DNA of 64,000 nucleotides from Ignavibacteriota bacterium (GTDB lineage Bacteria; Bacteroidota; Ignavibacteria; UBA10030; CAVZMI01): NCBI GenBank assembly GCA_963776275.1, contig CAVZMI010000025.1, positions 1 to 64,000 of the forward strand, read 5' to 3'. Shown piece by piece: positions 1 to 11,108 of this stretch (position 1 is its first letter; each line of letters starts with the position of its first letter). The notes under the pieces were generated by a model. It saw only the letters and a program-made list of their open reading frames with translations, ran no database searches and was not told where the DNA came from. The position numbers and the translations under genes were made by a program.

Positions 1-59
1 TCGAACTCGCGACTTCCTGCGTGACAGGCAGGCGTTCTAACCAACTGAACTACGACCCC
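1..59 (-). tRNA. tRNA-Asp(GTC), 3' end cut by window edge
   Basis: Reverse complement GGGGTCGTAGTTCAGTTGGTTAGAACGCCTGCCT-GTC-ACGCAGGAAGTCGCGAGTTCGA: D-loop, CCTGC/GCAGG anticodon stem and TTCGA T-loop. Confidence 0.95.
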
Positions 60-72
60 GTTCTTAATTATT

Positions 73-101
73 AATATAAGAAAAAATTATCTACCGTGCA
101 A
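73..101 (-). promoter_or_regulatory. sigma70-type promoter of tRNA-Asp
   Basis: TTGCAC-17 nt-TATATT on the minus strand just upstream of the tRNA. Confidence 0.7.
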
Positions 102-145
102 AATTTGACATATAGTAATAAAAACAAACACTCTCAACGCGACTA

Positions 146-838
146 CTATTTACCCATTGGAGGCATCCCCGTCGGCATCTCCTGCTTCGTGTAACCCGCC
201 GGTATCTCAAATTGTGAATCGTCTACCGCTTTTTTATTGATCGCCGTGATCTCAAGATCCGAGCTCATGCCGCTTTTGTGCTCCTCATGTATTTTAAGAA
301 CAAGCATCTTCATTTTTTCAACTTCTTGCATCCATCGGGATTGAGCACTGGCGGAGGAAGAATTGATCCGCTTCATCGATTCGGCCAGTGATGAAAGCTC
401 TGTTGTTCCCCAGAGTGAAGCTTTCATATCGGATGTCGTAACAAGGATTTCCTCGCATTTATGCCCGAGAATGGTTTGCGTTTTGCCGCTCTTTGCGATC
501 GTAGGTTTTAGTGTATCCCGCTGCATGGACTTTGCCATTTCTTCTGTCTTTTGTAGAGATGTTTCCATGTACATTTTCATGGCATCCATTATGGTCCACA
601 CGACTCCTTTATCCCGTCGGATAATCATCGTGATGGGTCCCATGGGGCTTTTTTGGGTGGTCATATTAGAACGCATCTTATCCCCTTTGATAAATACCTC
701 CTGTGTTACATCCATTTCTCCCTTGCTTGATTTTTGTAAGATCTTCATATTCACAACGCCTTCAAATTGCGCAAGGCATATCGATGTGAACGCAAAGAAG
801 AGGAGTGCCATGACTGAAATGCTAATAATTTTTTTCAT
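146..838 (-). CDS. Secreted DUF4412-like protein
   Basis: Signal peptide ending LA-Q, 'QFEGVV' start, 'GKTQTILGHKCEE' and C-terminal 'FEIPAGY' motifs typical of DUF4412. Upstream TTGACA-17-TATGTT (914-886). Confidence 0.75.
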   Translation of the reverse strand: MKKIISISVMALLFFAFTSICLAQFEGVVNMKILQKSSKGEMDVTQEVFIKGDKMRSNMTTQKSPMGPITMIIRRDKGVVWTIMDAMKMYMETSLQKTEEMAKSMQRDTLKPTIAKSGKTQTILGHKCEEILVTTSDMKASLWGTTELSSLAESMKRINSSSASAQSRWMQEVEKMKMLVLKIHEEHKSGMSSDLEITAINKKAVDDSQFEIPAGYTKQEMPTGMPPMGK

Positions 839-1206
839 TCATTATCCTTTCCTGAATTAAAGGAATATCGGTTTGCGAGCCAATTAACATACGGAGAGTA
901 TAGCGGAATGTCAAGTAGATTGCGCCCGGCAGTAAATCCACTCCTCTTTACGTAATAGTTATTAGACAGAATGGATGACTGAAATGATGCTTTTAGACTT
1001 TATCAGAATATTGAGCGTTGAGAGCATAGCTTTATTTATTGCATAGATACATTCGACACGACATCACTAACCAATTAGCTTTTTCCGAATTACTTTTTTC
1101 AAATAAAATGGATTGACTAAAACTATAAATTCAGTTGTCGTAGTAGCATTGTAATTGGCGGTAATATTAAAAATCATCGCTCATTTAGGCCTTTTCTTTG
1201 CAACTA

Positions 1207-1235
1207 TTGCTTTTTTCATATCGATTTTGTACACT
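1207..1235 (+). promoter_or_regulatory. Putative sigma70 promoter of giant-protein locus 1
   Basis: TTGCTT-17 nt-TACACT about 215 nt upstream of ATG 1451. Confidence 0.5.
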
Positions 1236-1450
1236 CCACCCATAAGGATACTATCCTTTTTCCTTTCGTACAGATCGCTGCTTTCCGTGGATGAAAAACA
1301 CGAGTTGGAGTAGCCGATATAAAGATAAAGACACGCCGATGCTCAGTTCACGCCCAATGAGTTCCAACCCCTGTACCCAATTACGTTAACATTAGTTGTT
1401 TGGCCATAAATTCTTTTGTGGTTTATTGTACTTTATTCCGTGGAGTTTCC

Positions 1451-4400
1451 ATGATACAGTATATTGCATTACTATATCGGTGCACGAGAAATTTATGGAT
1501 CCTTGCGGCGCTCATTTTTTTTACTTTTCCAGGACTGGTCCGTGCACAGAATCCCGCCTGGAATTCGACTCTCGTTATTGCGCCCAATCCATCATCGGTA
1601 TTGTCTGATTGGCAGCGGGATCCCCGGATTCTGAGTTTTACTGTCACGTACACCGGTAAATCAGAGGCGACGGTGACATTTAAAGGAACCTTGTCGTCCG
1701 TCCGCTTTGGTGCTATCGGCGATGTTCACGGAAATACAATGCAATTTCCAGCCGGACCAACGACGCGAATATTCCGGAATACGGAAGTTTTAAGCATTCA
1801 GGAATCGCATCTCTCCGGCAAGATTGTCGGGATCGTCAAACAAACCGGCAGACTTCCGGAGGATGAATATACATTGTGTATAGCAGTTTTAAACGCACTA
1901 GGGGCACAGCTGACACAGGCATGTGCAACGTTCGGTATTTCTCTCGGATCACAGCCTCAGCTTGTTTATCCACTCAATAAAGATACCGTAAGAATAATTT
2001 CTCCGGCATTTCAATGGACGCCGGTTCTCAAGACACCATCACTGCCGACGGTCAGGTACGCATTCAGGTTGTGTGAAATTCTACCGGGTCAAACCCCGGA
2101 AAAAGCTTTGACAGCAAACCCTCCGCAATTCGAGCACCTCGTGAGCGGAGCTGCTATGCTTCTTTATCCGCCCGATGCACTGCCGCTCCAGAAAGGTAAA
2201 TCGTATGTGTGGCAAATTCAGGCTGTTGATGCCAACGGATTACCCGCAACAGTGAATGAAGGAAGGAGTGAACTCTGGACATTCACCTATTACACGGGCT
2301 CCACCTACAATGAAACGGTCGTACACCCACCAAGTGGCATGAAGGATGTAAGCGGGATTCTAATGTACACATGGCCCGGTGCCAGCATACCACCATGCCC
2401 CGTTAAGAATTCCATACTCGCTCTGGAAGTATTCTATGTCATACATCCTCAATCCGGAGCACCAGTTTTACTCAAAAGTTCGGAAACCGGCACACTTTCC
2501 CCCGCTTCTGGTTCTATGTTATCATGGACAACAACCGATGCGAATGGGAATTTCGAGTTCACATTTACATCGGACGATTCGATAGGTTGCATCAAGAACG
2601 ATACAACGTGGACGGTTCACACCTATAGTACCTATGGAGGAGGTTACACTTATACAATTTCAGGTAGTCTATACCGTGTCACTCGAGTAGTTGTGAAGAA
2701 TCAATCTTATCTCAGTCCTTCCAACGATATCATTTTTGGTTCAAATATGTTTGTTGATATCGGAACGTTGACAGCAATAGCACGCCGCTACGACCTGCGG
2801 GTGCAAGTTTCTGATCCCTTCGGTTCAGGAGGAGCTCCGCAGCAGCATTTTATTGCCCGAATAACGCGTACGCGTCAAAAGGATGATTTACCGGTGGAAG
2901 AAGATAGAATAACACGTACATCAGGTTCTCAAGGGACAACCTATACGCTCATTGATAGCGTCTCGTCTGGGCAGGCTGTTTTTCCTTGCCTTGTACAGAC
3001 TCGAGATCAGAATGATGCTTATACGCTTGATTTTCTCTCAAGTAGTAGTCAGCCGAATGTTTCCTATCAAGAAATTGAAACCGGTTTTGATGGAAGATTC
3101 CCGGATGATTGGACAGATCAATATATAGTACCATATAACGGACCAGATAAAGCAGTATGGACGAGTGATTATTATGAGGTTCCTCAACTTTTGCTTAATG
3201 TCACACCTGCAGCGGTTTTGACAATTCTGACCGGTCATCTTACATATCATTTTCCAGATAATGCAACATCAAAGCCGCTTGCATATGTCCATACGCACAT
3301 TGCCGTTAGATATATTCTACATAAATCTGGAGAATCAGGATATGTCGATGTTAGTGATTGGGTGAATCGAACTGATGCGAATGAAGTGTTGGCTTACGGT
3401 ACAACGGACTCGACTGGATACGTGCAATATAATCTCTCGCTGAGTATGTTAGAGATCAATCGTCTTGGCGAAAATTGGCATGTAGATAATTTTCAAGTCA
3501 GCTCAGGTGAATTTCCGAATTATTATTCCGGTACTATCCATAGGACTTACCGGGTAATTGTCGACAACCCATATTATTGTTCACCCGATCAGGATACAGC
3601 TCCATGTGGCGATATTGATATTGATGAATACCACATGCAGGATTTTGGTACTCTCTCGTGTCTCGTCAGGTCGTTCACTGTAAAAGTATTCTTGAAGAAT
3701 CAAAATAACGGAAGCCCTATAAACAATATCGATGTTTGTATCGGTCGTATCATGCATCCTACCACTGCGCCATCCGACGAGGGGGATTACACAGGATATC
3801 CGAAGACGATGCAATACGGATACTTCCATTTCGATATCGTTGCAAAGGGAACGACGACAATTGATGAAAATGGTAATGCCGGAAGAATTACCTTTACACG
3901 TTTTGTCAAGCGTGACGACTATAATCCGCAGGATAAGTATTTTATTGTCTGCCAATCGAATCCCCAGGTACTCGAAAATTATACAGATTTCTCCGAATTC
4001 ATTCTTTATGATTGTGATGGTGAAAAAGCGGTCTACAATCAAGTTTATCCATTATCGAAAACCTACACATTTTACCGAAGTATGAATCCGGAAAGACCGC
4101 GGGTTACAGTGAAGCTTCGTCGAAGTGACGCTTCCGCACCTGCCGTAGGGGTGCCCGTATACCTAAGTACTCATGGTGAAGCCTATGGTGACATTTGGTC
4201 GGCACAATCAGATACGAGTGGAAACGTGGTATTCTCCGATCTGCCGCCAAATCTGAATGGACCGTCGAGGGATATATATATTTTTGGGCCTACGATCGGC
4301 TACAACGATACAAGTCTCACTGTCATCAATCTTGATTTGGGTCAAAAAAGTGATCTCGGTATCGTCGTGCTGCGTCCAAGAAGTCATATTTCCGGTAATC

Positions 4401-7400
4401 TCGTGGATGAAACCGGAAAAGCTGTAGAGGCATGGGTCAGAGTGAATGACGGCAATTGTGTCTTGACGAAATGCCATAATTATATGGCGGCTCTTCACGA
4501 ATGCGTGCGATATTATTTTTCATTACCAGCTCCAACCGGATCCGATAAAATTACTATAGAGCCGGTTAATCAGGACAAATATTTCGCGCGTGACACAACA
4601 GTATTCGTGAATACTACATCATCGATCGATGTCGGCAACATCGTTGTGTTCCGAAAACTTCACAGATTGAAATTTTTTGTCGAAGGAGTTAAAAAAGCCG
4701 GTTCAATGTATGCAGCGATGAAATTGAAAGGTGCTCTTGTCCAGTTTATGAATATCGATACGAATATTATTCACCCTCAATATACTGATTCACAAGGACT
4801 TGTGTCATTCCTCTTTGAAAGCGATTCAAAAACGTTTCAGATTCAGGTTAGCGGTCCCTCTGGCCAGAATTATGTATCAGCCTCCCCAACGGTTGTTGAC
4901 AGTTGTTCGTCAAATTGGAATCTCATCACGGTTGCTTTGCAGAAGGGGGGACAGATTTTCGGCACCGTGTACGTTGGCAAATCAGATGTTGTAGCAGGGG
5001 CTACAGTGTTTATGGATGTTGGGACGCAGAGTAATTCCTCTTCCAACATCAGTCAGTTCTCGGTCAAATCATCGGCTGATGGCTCTTATATTCTCCATAA
5101 TATTCCGCTGGGCATGCATACATTTTATGGCGTGAAGGGAGGTACGATCGGTGATTCGATGATAGTGGTTGTTGGTGAGAATGATATGCAAATCTTTCAA
5201 CCGCTGTTAGACATAAAAACGGGAAAACGTAAATATGTGTCGATGGTCGCTTCCTCCATTGATTTTTATCTTAGAATCTATCAAGATATGGATATCTCGG
5301 AGCTTTTTGGTATCCCCATTGAAGTGATGAGATTCACTGATCTTTCGGGTGGAAAAATCAAAATCAGCGGTCGTTTTGTCTCAATTCCATCATCACAAGC
5401 CTTCCAAATTGATACGAACGAGGTCGTGACATTTTCAGATGTAACGACAATTGCTGGAAAAAGAAAAGATACGAAGAATGTTCCTTTCATTTATCCAACT
5501 CTCGGCTATGTCAGACTGAATGAAATGGATTTCAACATTGTAAAGATATTTAATACTTTCCACGGATCCTGCCGTGAAAATGGAACCGGTGTGTTGAGTG
5601 TCGAAGAAAACGGTACAACCGAACTTGGTGTAATCAGAGGAAAGGTGGCCATTTATGCAGGATCTTTTGCGACAGGCAACGCAATCTCATTCCCGACCGA
5701 CAGTGTATGGATTGCATATCCACCAGGAAAATTGCCGGGTATTGATCGTCTTTCGATCACAGCCGCCAGTGTCAGATCCGTCAATTCCAGTTCCTGCGGC
5801 ATTTAATGTCAATGATTTCAAAGGGAATTCACTGCGTTATTCTTTACATACATTTACCGATGCCGCAATTGCCGATTCTGCACTTTCGTTTGTCCAGGCA
5901 GGGAAATTATTATTGCGGACTCGATTGCAGACTAATATTTCTAATATATCTCCATCGAACCTTAATATCGATGTTGGAACAGTGACAGTAACACCAAATA
6001 ATGTCCCGAACATTAACAGTTCAGACAGCATCGCGGTACGTCTGGAGATGTGGAAGCTGATCTCTACAAACTGGAGCCTGAACGCCCAAGGACTTTTACT
6101 TCGTAAGGGCATTGTTTCAACCGGTATCGTCGATATTCCTTTTGCAAACGATTTGCCGATTACACCGAACTCGCTTGAGACTGATAAAGCAAGCTTTCAG
6201 TTCTCGAACATGACGCTAGGAGGTATACTGCCGATTCAGCTAAGTGGAAATGTAGTATTTTTGTTACGACGCGTCCATTGGTTATCAGGATCCAAAAGGT
6301 CACTGGGTGTTGCGTGTATTGACGCAATCAGGAGCACAATATTGTGGTTCACTCAATAATCTCGTCGGTACGAATATAGGCGACAAGATTCTCATCAATT
6401 CACTATATCTACTCAGTGACGGTGAGTCTATTTTCTCACTCACACCGAATGCACCGCCTCTTACTCTTTACAGGGTGACATCATTCACACCGTCGAAAAT
6501 CGTTGTTTTTCCGGATAGAGTCAATATTCCAGGATCGATTGATCTTGGAATCCCACTTGTGGGAAACGACAAAACAACCTCAATCGATTATTATTTGAAT
6601 CATGGAAATGTAGCCTTCAGCTTATCAACTCCGATACCATTCTCATTTGATACAAAGGGTGTCCATATCGAAGTACCGGCGACTTCCAAATATCCGCAAT
6701 CGCTTGACGAACGCGGTTTTCTCGCGCAAGGAAATGTCTCCGAGGATGGAAAATATAATTTTCAATTCCAGCTCTATCGAACAACCGATTCGACGTCCCT
6801 CTGGTTATTGCCTAACCAATCTATCAATATCAATTCATCCGGTACGATCCAGCTGCAGAAAATGAACGGCTCGATGATTGCAGCATCAAGCGGCTGGAAT
6901 AATCTCTGGTTTGATGGCGATCTTATCGGAGCGAAGGCTGCCAGCGGCCGTTTGAAGTTTATAGTCACTGGCGATATAAAGGCGGATGACCAGCAAATTC
7001 AATTGACGAATATTCCATCCCCATTTGGCAATATCCAACTTACGTACGATTTTGAAAATCATCGTCTAGTCGGCAGCGTCGATTTTAGTCAGGGAATTGA
7101 TCTTGGTCCAGGATCAATTTCTGGAAGTGCAACAGTGTTGTTCGATGACAACGGATGGTATTTTCTCGGTACGGGAAGCATTAATTTAGTGGGTTTAGGA
7201 GGACAGGCGGCACTTCTTTTCGGGGATTATCCGATCACGGATGACATTCGAAATCAGTTTGCACAAAAATCGTGGATTTGTCAAACTAAGGGGTCACTTC
7301 CGGAAATTTTCCCGGCACAATATATCAAAGGATTTTTTGGCGAAGGAAATTTCCAACTTCCCGTCATTCCTGAAATTGGCTTCAATTTTCTAATTGTCGA

Positions 7401-7782
7401 TGCTAAATTATGGTGCAATTTTGGTGCCGACATGTTTATGTCGATGAACTTTGACGGCGGCGCTACCTATGGCATGGGTGTGTATATCTACGGCAGTGCC
7501 GGATTAGAAGTAGGCGTTTCAGTTCTGATCGCATGTGCCGGTGTTGAAGCTTCAGCTATTGTTTACGGAGGATTTTTCGGACAAGTTAAAAGTAATGGTG
7601 ATTGGTTCGTAAGCGGTGACATCGGTGTCAAGTTGTGCGGTTCCGCGTACTGCGGTTGGGGTATTTGCGATTCTGAATGTGATGGTACTTTATGTGATAA
7701 ACACTCAGTAGGTGGTTGTGTAGGGATTGGGTTTACCGGAACATTTGGAAGTTCCGGCTGCAATCTTGAACCACATTTTTAA
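1451..7782 (+). CDS. Giant (~2,100 aa) secreted beta-rich protein with TANFOR-like N-terminus, split into three ORFs by probable sequencing indels
   Basis: ORFs 1400-5806, 5655-6359 and 6307-7782 overlap in successive frames (shifts near 5750-5790 and in the T-run at 6258-6262). GGAG RBS before ATG 1451; signal peptide ...VRA-Q; N-terminal 'LSDW...GRLPEDEYTLCI' resembles the TANFOR domain; Ig/carboxypeptidase-regulatory-like modules; Gly/aromatic/Cys-rich C-terminus. Confidence 0.7.
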
Positions 7783-7788
7783 TGAGGG

Positions 7789-9822
7789 ATGAAAATGAAA
7801 TTACAACAAAAATGTATTGTTATATTGATTACTGTTGCCGGTGTGAATTTTCTTACAGCGCAGGAAATCCAGAGAGGATTGGTGGGTGCCGGGCCAGATG
7901 GAATCTTTATCACTGCCGGTATCGAGCTTCTCTCGAAGAATAAACCGGTGAGCGGTAAATCAGGCTACCAGATTGAACGAAGAAAAAAAGGGGAAAATCA
8001 ATGGATTGAGATTGCACGGATTTCGACGCCAGGAACTTATACAGAGTTTCTTGCTCGTTTTGCAGAAGCGAACAACATATTCCCGGAACCGGTTATCTTC
8101 AGCGATACTCTTCTCTCAAAGTTATGGCTCCAGGCTACAACATGGAACCGGCTAGATTCATTGAAGTTTTACAGTGGAGTGCTGCCCCTTCGGATTGCAT
8201 TGGGTGTATGTGTTTACGATTCGACAGCAGAACGATCGAAGATATATGAATACAGAATCTCAAAGATCGGTGTGGATAATTCTCTGCAGCCGGTTGCTTT
8301 GACCCAAGCTGTCCAGTGGCCGGGAGAAACGAAGTTTGGAAAAATTCATTCGTTTAAAAAAGAAATCACGGGGAAGTCGGTAGAAATAAGCTGGGGATAT
8401 ATCTCCGGTAGCCGGCCGGCCGGATTGAGAGTTTTTCGCGGCGATGATAGTAAAGGTCCGTTTCGGCGAATCCGTCCATCCACATTTATTTATTTCCAGA
8501 GGGATACGGCTGTCCTGATGATGAGGGATATAAGCGTCGCACAGAAACAATCTTACTCTTACTATGCCGTTCCATTCGATCCCTATGGCAATTACGGAAA
8601 ACCGACTGATACCGTCTCGATAAATACACCGCTGGCAAAGATTCCTTCGTTACCCGGATCTTTTTCTGCCGTCGGTTCCGATTCACTTGGAGGTATAATT
8701 CTTCGATGGCGGACACAAGAGCCCGAAGTTTTGAAAGGGATACGGATCTTCCGATCGGGAAAGTGGGGGAAGGTCGGGAAAGAAATTACTACAGTCTCAC
8801 CACATGATACAGTCTATCTCGATCAGCGAATCGCTCCGATGAAGGAATATTTTTACTCCTTGTCAATTCTTCTGATTACGGGAGAAGAATTTGGTCCAAC
8901 GCCTGCTATCATAGGACTTTTTAAAAGCAGTGAACCTCCTCTGCCTCCAACCAATCTTGAGGCACAAGGAACAAAGAAGGGTGTGAAGCTGACCTGGGAA
9001 TCTTCGAAAGAGGATATAAATGGTTATTATGTTTATCGATCTTTACCGGACAGAGATTCACTGCAATTAATATCGCCACTGCTACACTGGAAAAAGGGCG
9101 ATAAGAAGTTGGGTTATACAGATACAAGTCTCGTGCTCTCCGGAAAGAAGATTTATCGATATGCCGTGCGTGCATCGAGTAAGAGCGATGTTCTAGGTAA
9201 TTATTCAAATATAGTTTCGGTGAGGCCGGCTATCCCGACCGAACCGCTCACACCAACATTCACATCTGTTGGCTATGCCGATAGTACCGTTACGCTCCAT
9301 TGGGAAGCTATGAATGAATACGATGTGACGATCAAGGGATACAATCTCTATCGACGGATTTGGAATGAAGGCAGAAGTACAAATTGGAAAAAATTGTCAG
9401 ATACGACTCTGCCAGCTAAAAAAAATTATTGGTACGATGTACGTGTAGAAGAAGGAAAAACGTACGAATATGGTGTGCAGGCTGTCGATTTCTTCAATGG
9501 TGTCAGTAGAATAAGCTCATCAAAGAAGATCATGGTGCCTATCTATCTTCCCCCTACCCCTGTAGGTCTGTTTGCGGAGAAGAGGGAAAAAGGAGTGTTT
9601 TTACGCTGGGGGCCGATTATTCGTTCGCAAATTGAAGGTTATAAAATTATACGATTTCAGCCCGGCGGAAAAGAGAGTGTGGCAGGAAATGTGAAAGGCG
9701 AGGTTTGCGAATTCTTTGATAAGAATGTAAAAGCCGGCGAGCTGTATTTTTATCGAATTGTTAGTGTGTTACAGAACGGACATGAAAGTAAACCAAGTAA
9801 GGAGATATCGATCAGGCCATAA
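7789..9822 (+). CDS. Secreted multi-fibronectin type III domain protein
   Basis: Signal peptide ...TA-Q; repeated 'L.W....GY.(V/I)YR....Y.D......Y.Y.V' FnIII patterns; starts 6 nt after the giant gene. Confidence 0.85.
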   Translation: MKMKLQQKCIVILITVAGVNFLTAQEIQRGLVGAGPDGIFITAGIELLSKNKPVSGKSGYQIERRKKGENQWIEIARISTPGTYTEFLARFAEANNIFPEPVIFSDTLLSKLWLQATTWNRLDSLKFYSGVLPLRIALGVCVYDSTAERSKIYEYRISKIGVDNSLQPVALTQAVQWPGETKFGKIHSFKKEITGKSVEISWGYISGSRPAGLRVFRGDDSKGPFRRIRPSTFIYFQRDTAVLMMRDISVAQKQSYSYYAVPFDPYGNYGKPTDTVSINTPLAKIPSLPGSFSAVGSDSLGGIILRWRTQEPEVLKGIRIFRSGKWGKVGKEITTVSPHDTVYLDQRIAPMKEYFYSLSILLITGEEFGPTPAIIGLFKSSEPPLPPTNLEAQGTKKGVKLTWESSKEDINGYYVYRSLPDRDSLQLISPLLHWKKGDKKLGYTDTSLVLSGKKIYRYAVRASSKSDVLGNYSNIVSVRPAIPTEPLTPTFTSVGYADSTVTLHWEAMNEYDVTIKGYNLYRRIWNEGRSTNWKKLSDTTLPAKKNYWYDVRVEEGKTYEYGVQAVDFFNGVSRISSSKKIMVPIYLPPTPVGLFAEKREKGVFLRWGPIIRSQIEGYKIIRFQPGGKESVAGNVKGEVCEFFDKNVKAGELYFYRIVSVLQNGHESKPSKEISIRP

Positions 9823-10068
9823 CAATAACAATCACCCATGGACCAGTTTTTCATGTAGACATCCTTATTAAAGTGCACAGGGTCCATAACGGGGAAAAAA
9901 TGGGCTTGTGAATGTATGACGGAGTGTGCTAAAAGGAATTTTTAATATCATACACATTTCCCGGACATTTTTAAATCTTCTTCTTCCAGTCTGACCGATG
10001 ATGCTCAAAATCCATTTTCCATAATAAAATCAAGGGTTTTTTACAGGTTTTTAACAAGATTATTTCAC

Positions 10069-10097
10069 TTGCTTTTTACATATCCGTTTAGTAGAAT
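10069..10097 (+). promoter_or_regulatory. sigma70-type promoter of an orphan structured transcript
   Basis: TTGCTT-17 nt-TAGAAT. Confidence 0.65.
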
Positions 10098-10460
10098 GTC
10101 GGTGCAAAGCGCCGATAAATACTATCGATGTGAGAGTAATCACATAAGAGGGGTAGAAGCCCTTTTACGTGACAATTGTCACATCATCTATTCATCGGAT
10201 GTTGTATATAGTAAGCGTGATAAGCGGAGAAGAGCCTCCACTCACACGGGGGTTACCTTCGAAAAAGAAAAAACATAAGGAGGGAAAAAAGAGAATCGTC
10301 GGTAAGGGGAGTCTTGGCTCCCAGAAATCCTTAAGTTGGTAAGGATGCCATTAGTAGGGCGTGACGATTCTCATCGATATCAAGTATGATAATCGAATGA
10401 TGTGTGAGTTTGCCAAGGTTTTAATTCTTCAGCATCCGCATCCACATTAATTGTAAGGGG
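10098..10460 (+). ncRNA. Candidate structured ncRNA or long structured 5' leader, family unknown
   Basis: Dense hairpins, including the 10-bp closing helix GAGAATCGTC(10291)/GACGATTCTC(10363) around three inner stems; lies between a promoter and a terminator. Confidence 0.5.
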
Positions 10461-10466
10461 GTCAAT

Positions 10467-10535
10467 ATGAGACTGGGACCCATAGTTGGTATCGTGCTCC
10501 TCATCTGTATGATTTTCTATCTGGTCTCGACATAA
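10467..10535 (+). CDS. 22-aa hydrophobic small protein MRLGPIVGIVLLICMIFYLVST
   Basis: AAGGGGG SD 6 nt upstream; single transmembrane-like stretch; followed by a strong terminator. Below the ORF-track size cutoff. Confidence 0.5.
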   Translation: MRLGPIVGIVLLICMIFYLVST

Positions 10536-10563
10536 GTGTGTTGAGCGGTTGCAGATGGGGGAG

Positions 10564-10611
10564 AAGGCCCCGTTTGTCCCGTAATTCGGGACGAGCGGGG
10601 CCTTTTCGTTT
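10564..10611 (+). terminator. Rho-independent terminator
   Basis: AAGGCCCCG-TTTGTCCCG-taatt-CGGGACGAG-CGGGGCCTT followed by TTCGTTT. Confidence 0.85.
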
Positions 10612-10673
10612 GCGTTTTCATCAATTGCACACTATATTAAGGAATGATGAAACGACCTGCTCATTCTTAATTT

Positions 10674-11090
10674 ATGAGCATAATACCCACAGATAACGAA
10701 AATTCCATTCCCACCGAAGGGGCAATCCTGGTCGTTGAAGACGATGAATGCCTGCGCACAATTGTACGCATGATGTTTAACGTTCGGGGATGGAAAGTGT
10801 ATACTGCTTGCGACGGTGAAGAAGGAGAACAGGCATTTCTCTCTCATCAGGATGAGATCGTTCTGGTCATGGTCGATCTCGGACTTCCGAAAATCGAGGG
10901 TGTGGAGCTTGTCCGCCGGTTCCGGCTACTGAAACCGATGGTAAAAATTATCGTAACAAGCGGATACAATGATCAAGAATTCATTGCGAACCTACTTAAG
11001 AACGGGGTCGATGCATTTCTGAAGAAACCTTTCAACCAGAGTGAATTCTACACTCTCATACGGCAATTCCTTCAAGATAAATCAGAATGA
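10674..11090 (+). CDS. Single-domain response regulator (receiver)
   Basis: 'ILVVEDD', 'VDLGLP' phosphoacceptor Asp, 'TSG' and 'KPF'. Own promoter TTGCGT-17-TATATT (10610-10638). Confidence 0.9.
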   Translation: MSIIPTDNENSIPTEGAILVVEDDECLRTIVRMMFNVRGWKVYTACDGEEGEQAFLSHQDEIVLVMVDLGLPKIEGVELVRRFRLLKPMVKIIVTSGYNDQEFIANLLKNGVDAFLKKPFNQSEFYTLIRQFLQDKSE

Positions 11091-11108
11091 ATGAAATAGG
11101 CAGGGAAA

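Noticed and set aside
5750-6310. Programmed frameshifting or phase variation in giant protein 1
   Set aside because: No long slippery tract; similar indels hit essential genes such as groEL and pyrB, so sequencing error is more parsimonious.
10069-10278. 69-aa ORF from the ORF track
   Set aside because: Its TTG start is the -35 box of the promoter, it has no RBS and no protein-like features; the region is better explained as structured RNA.
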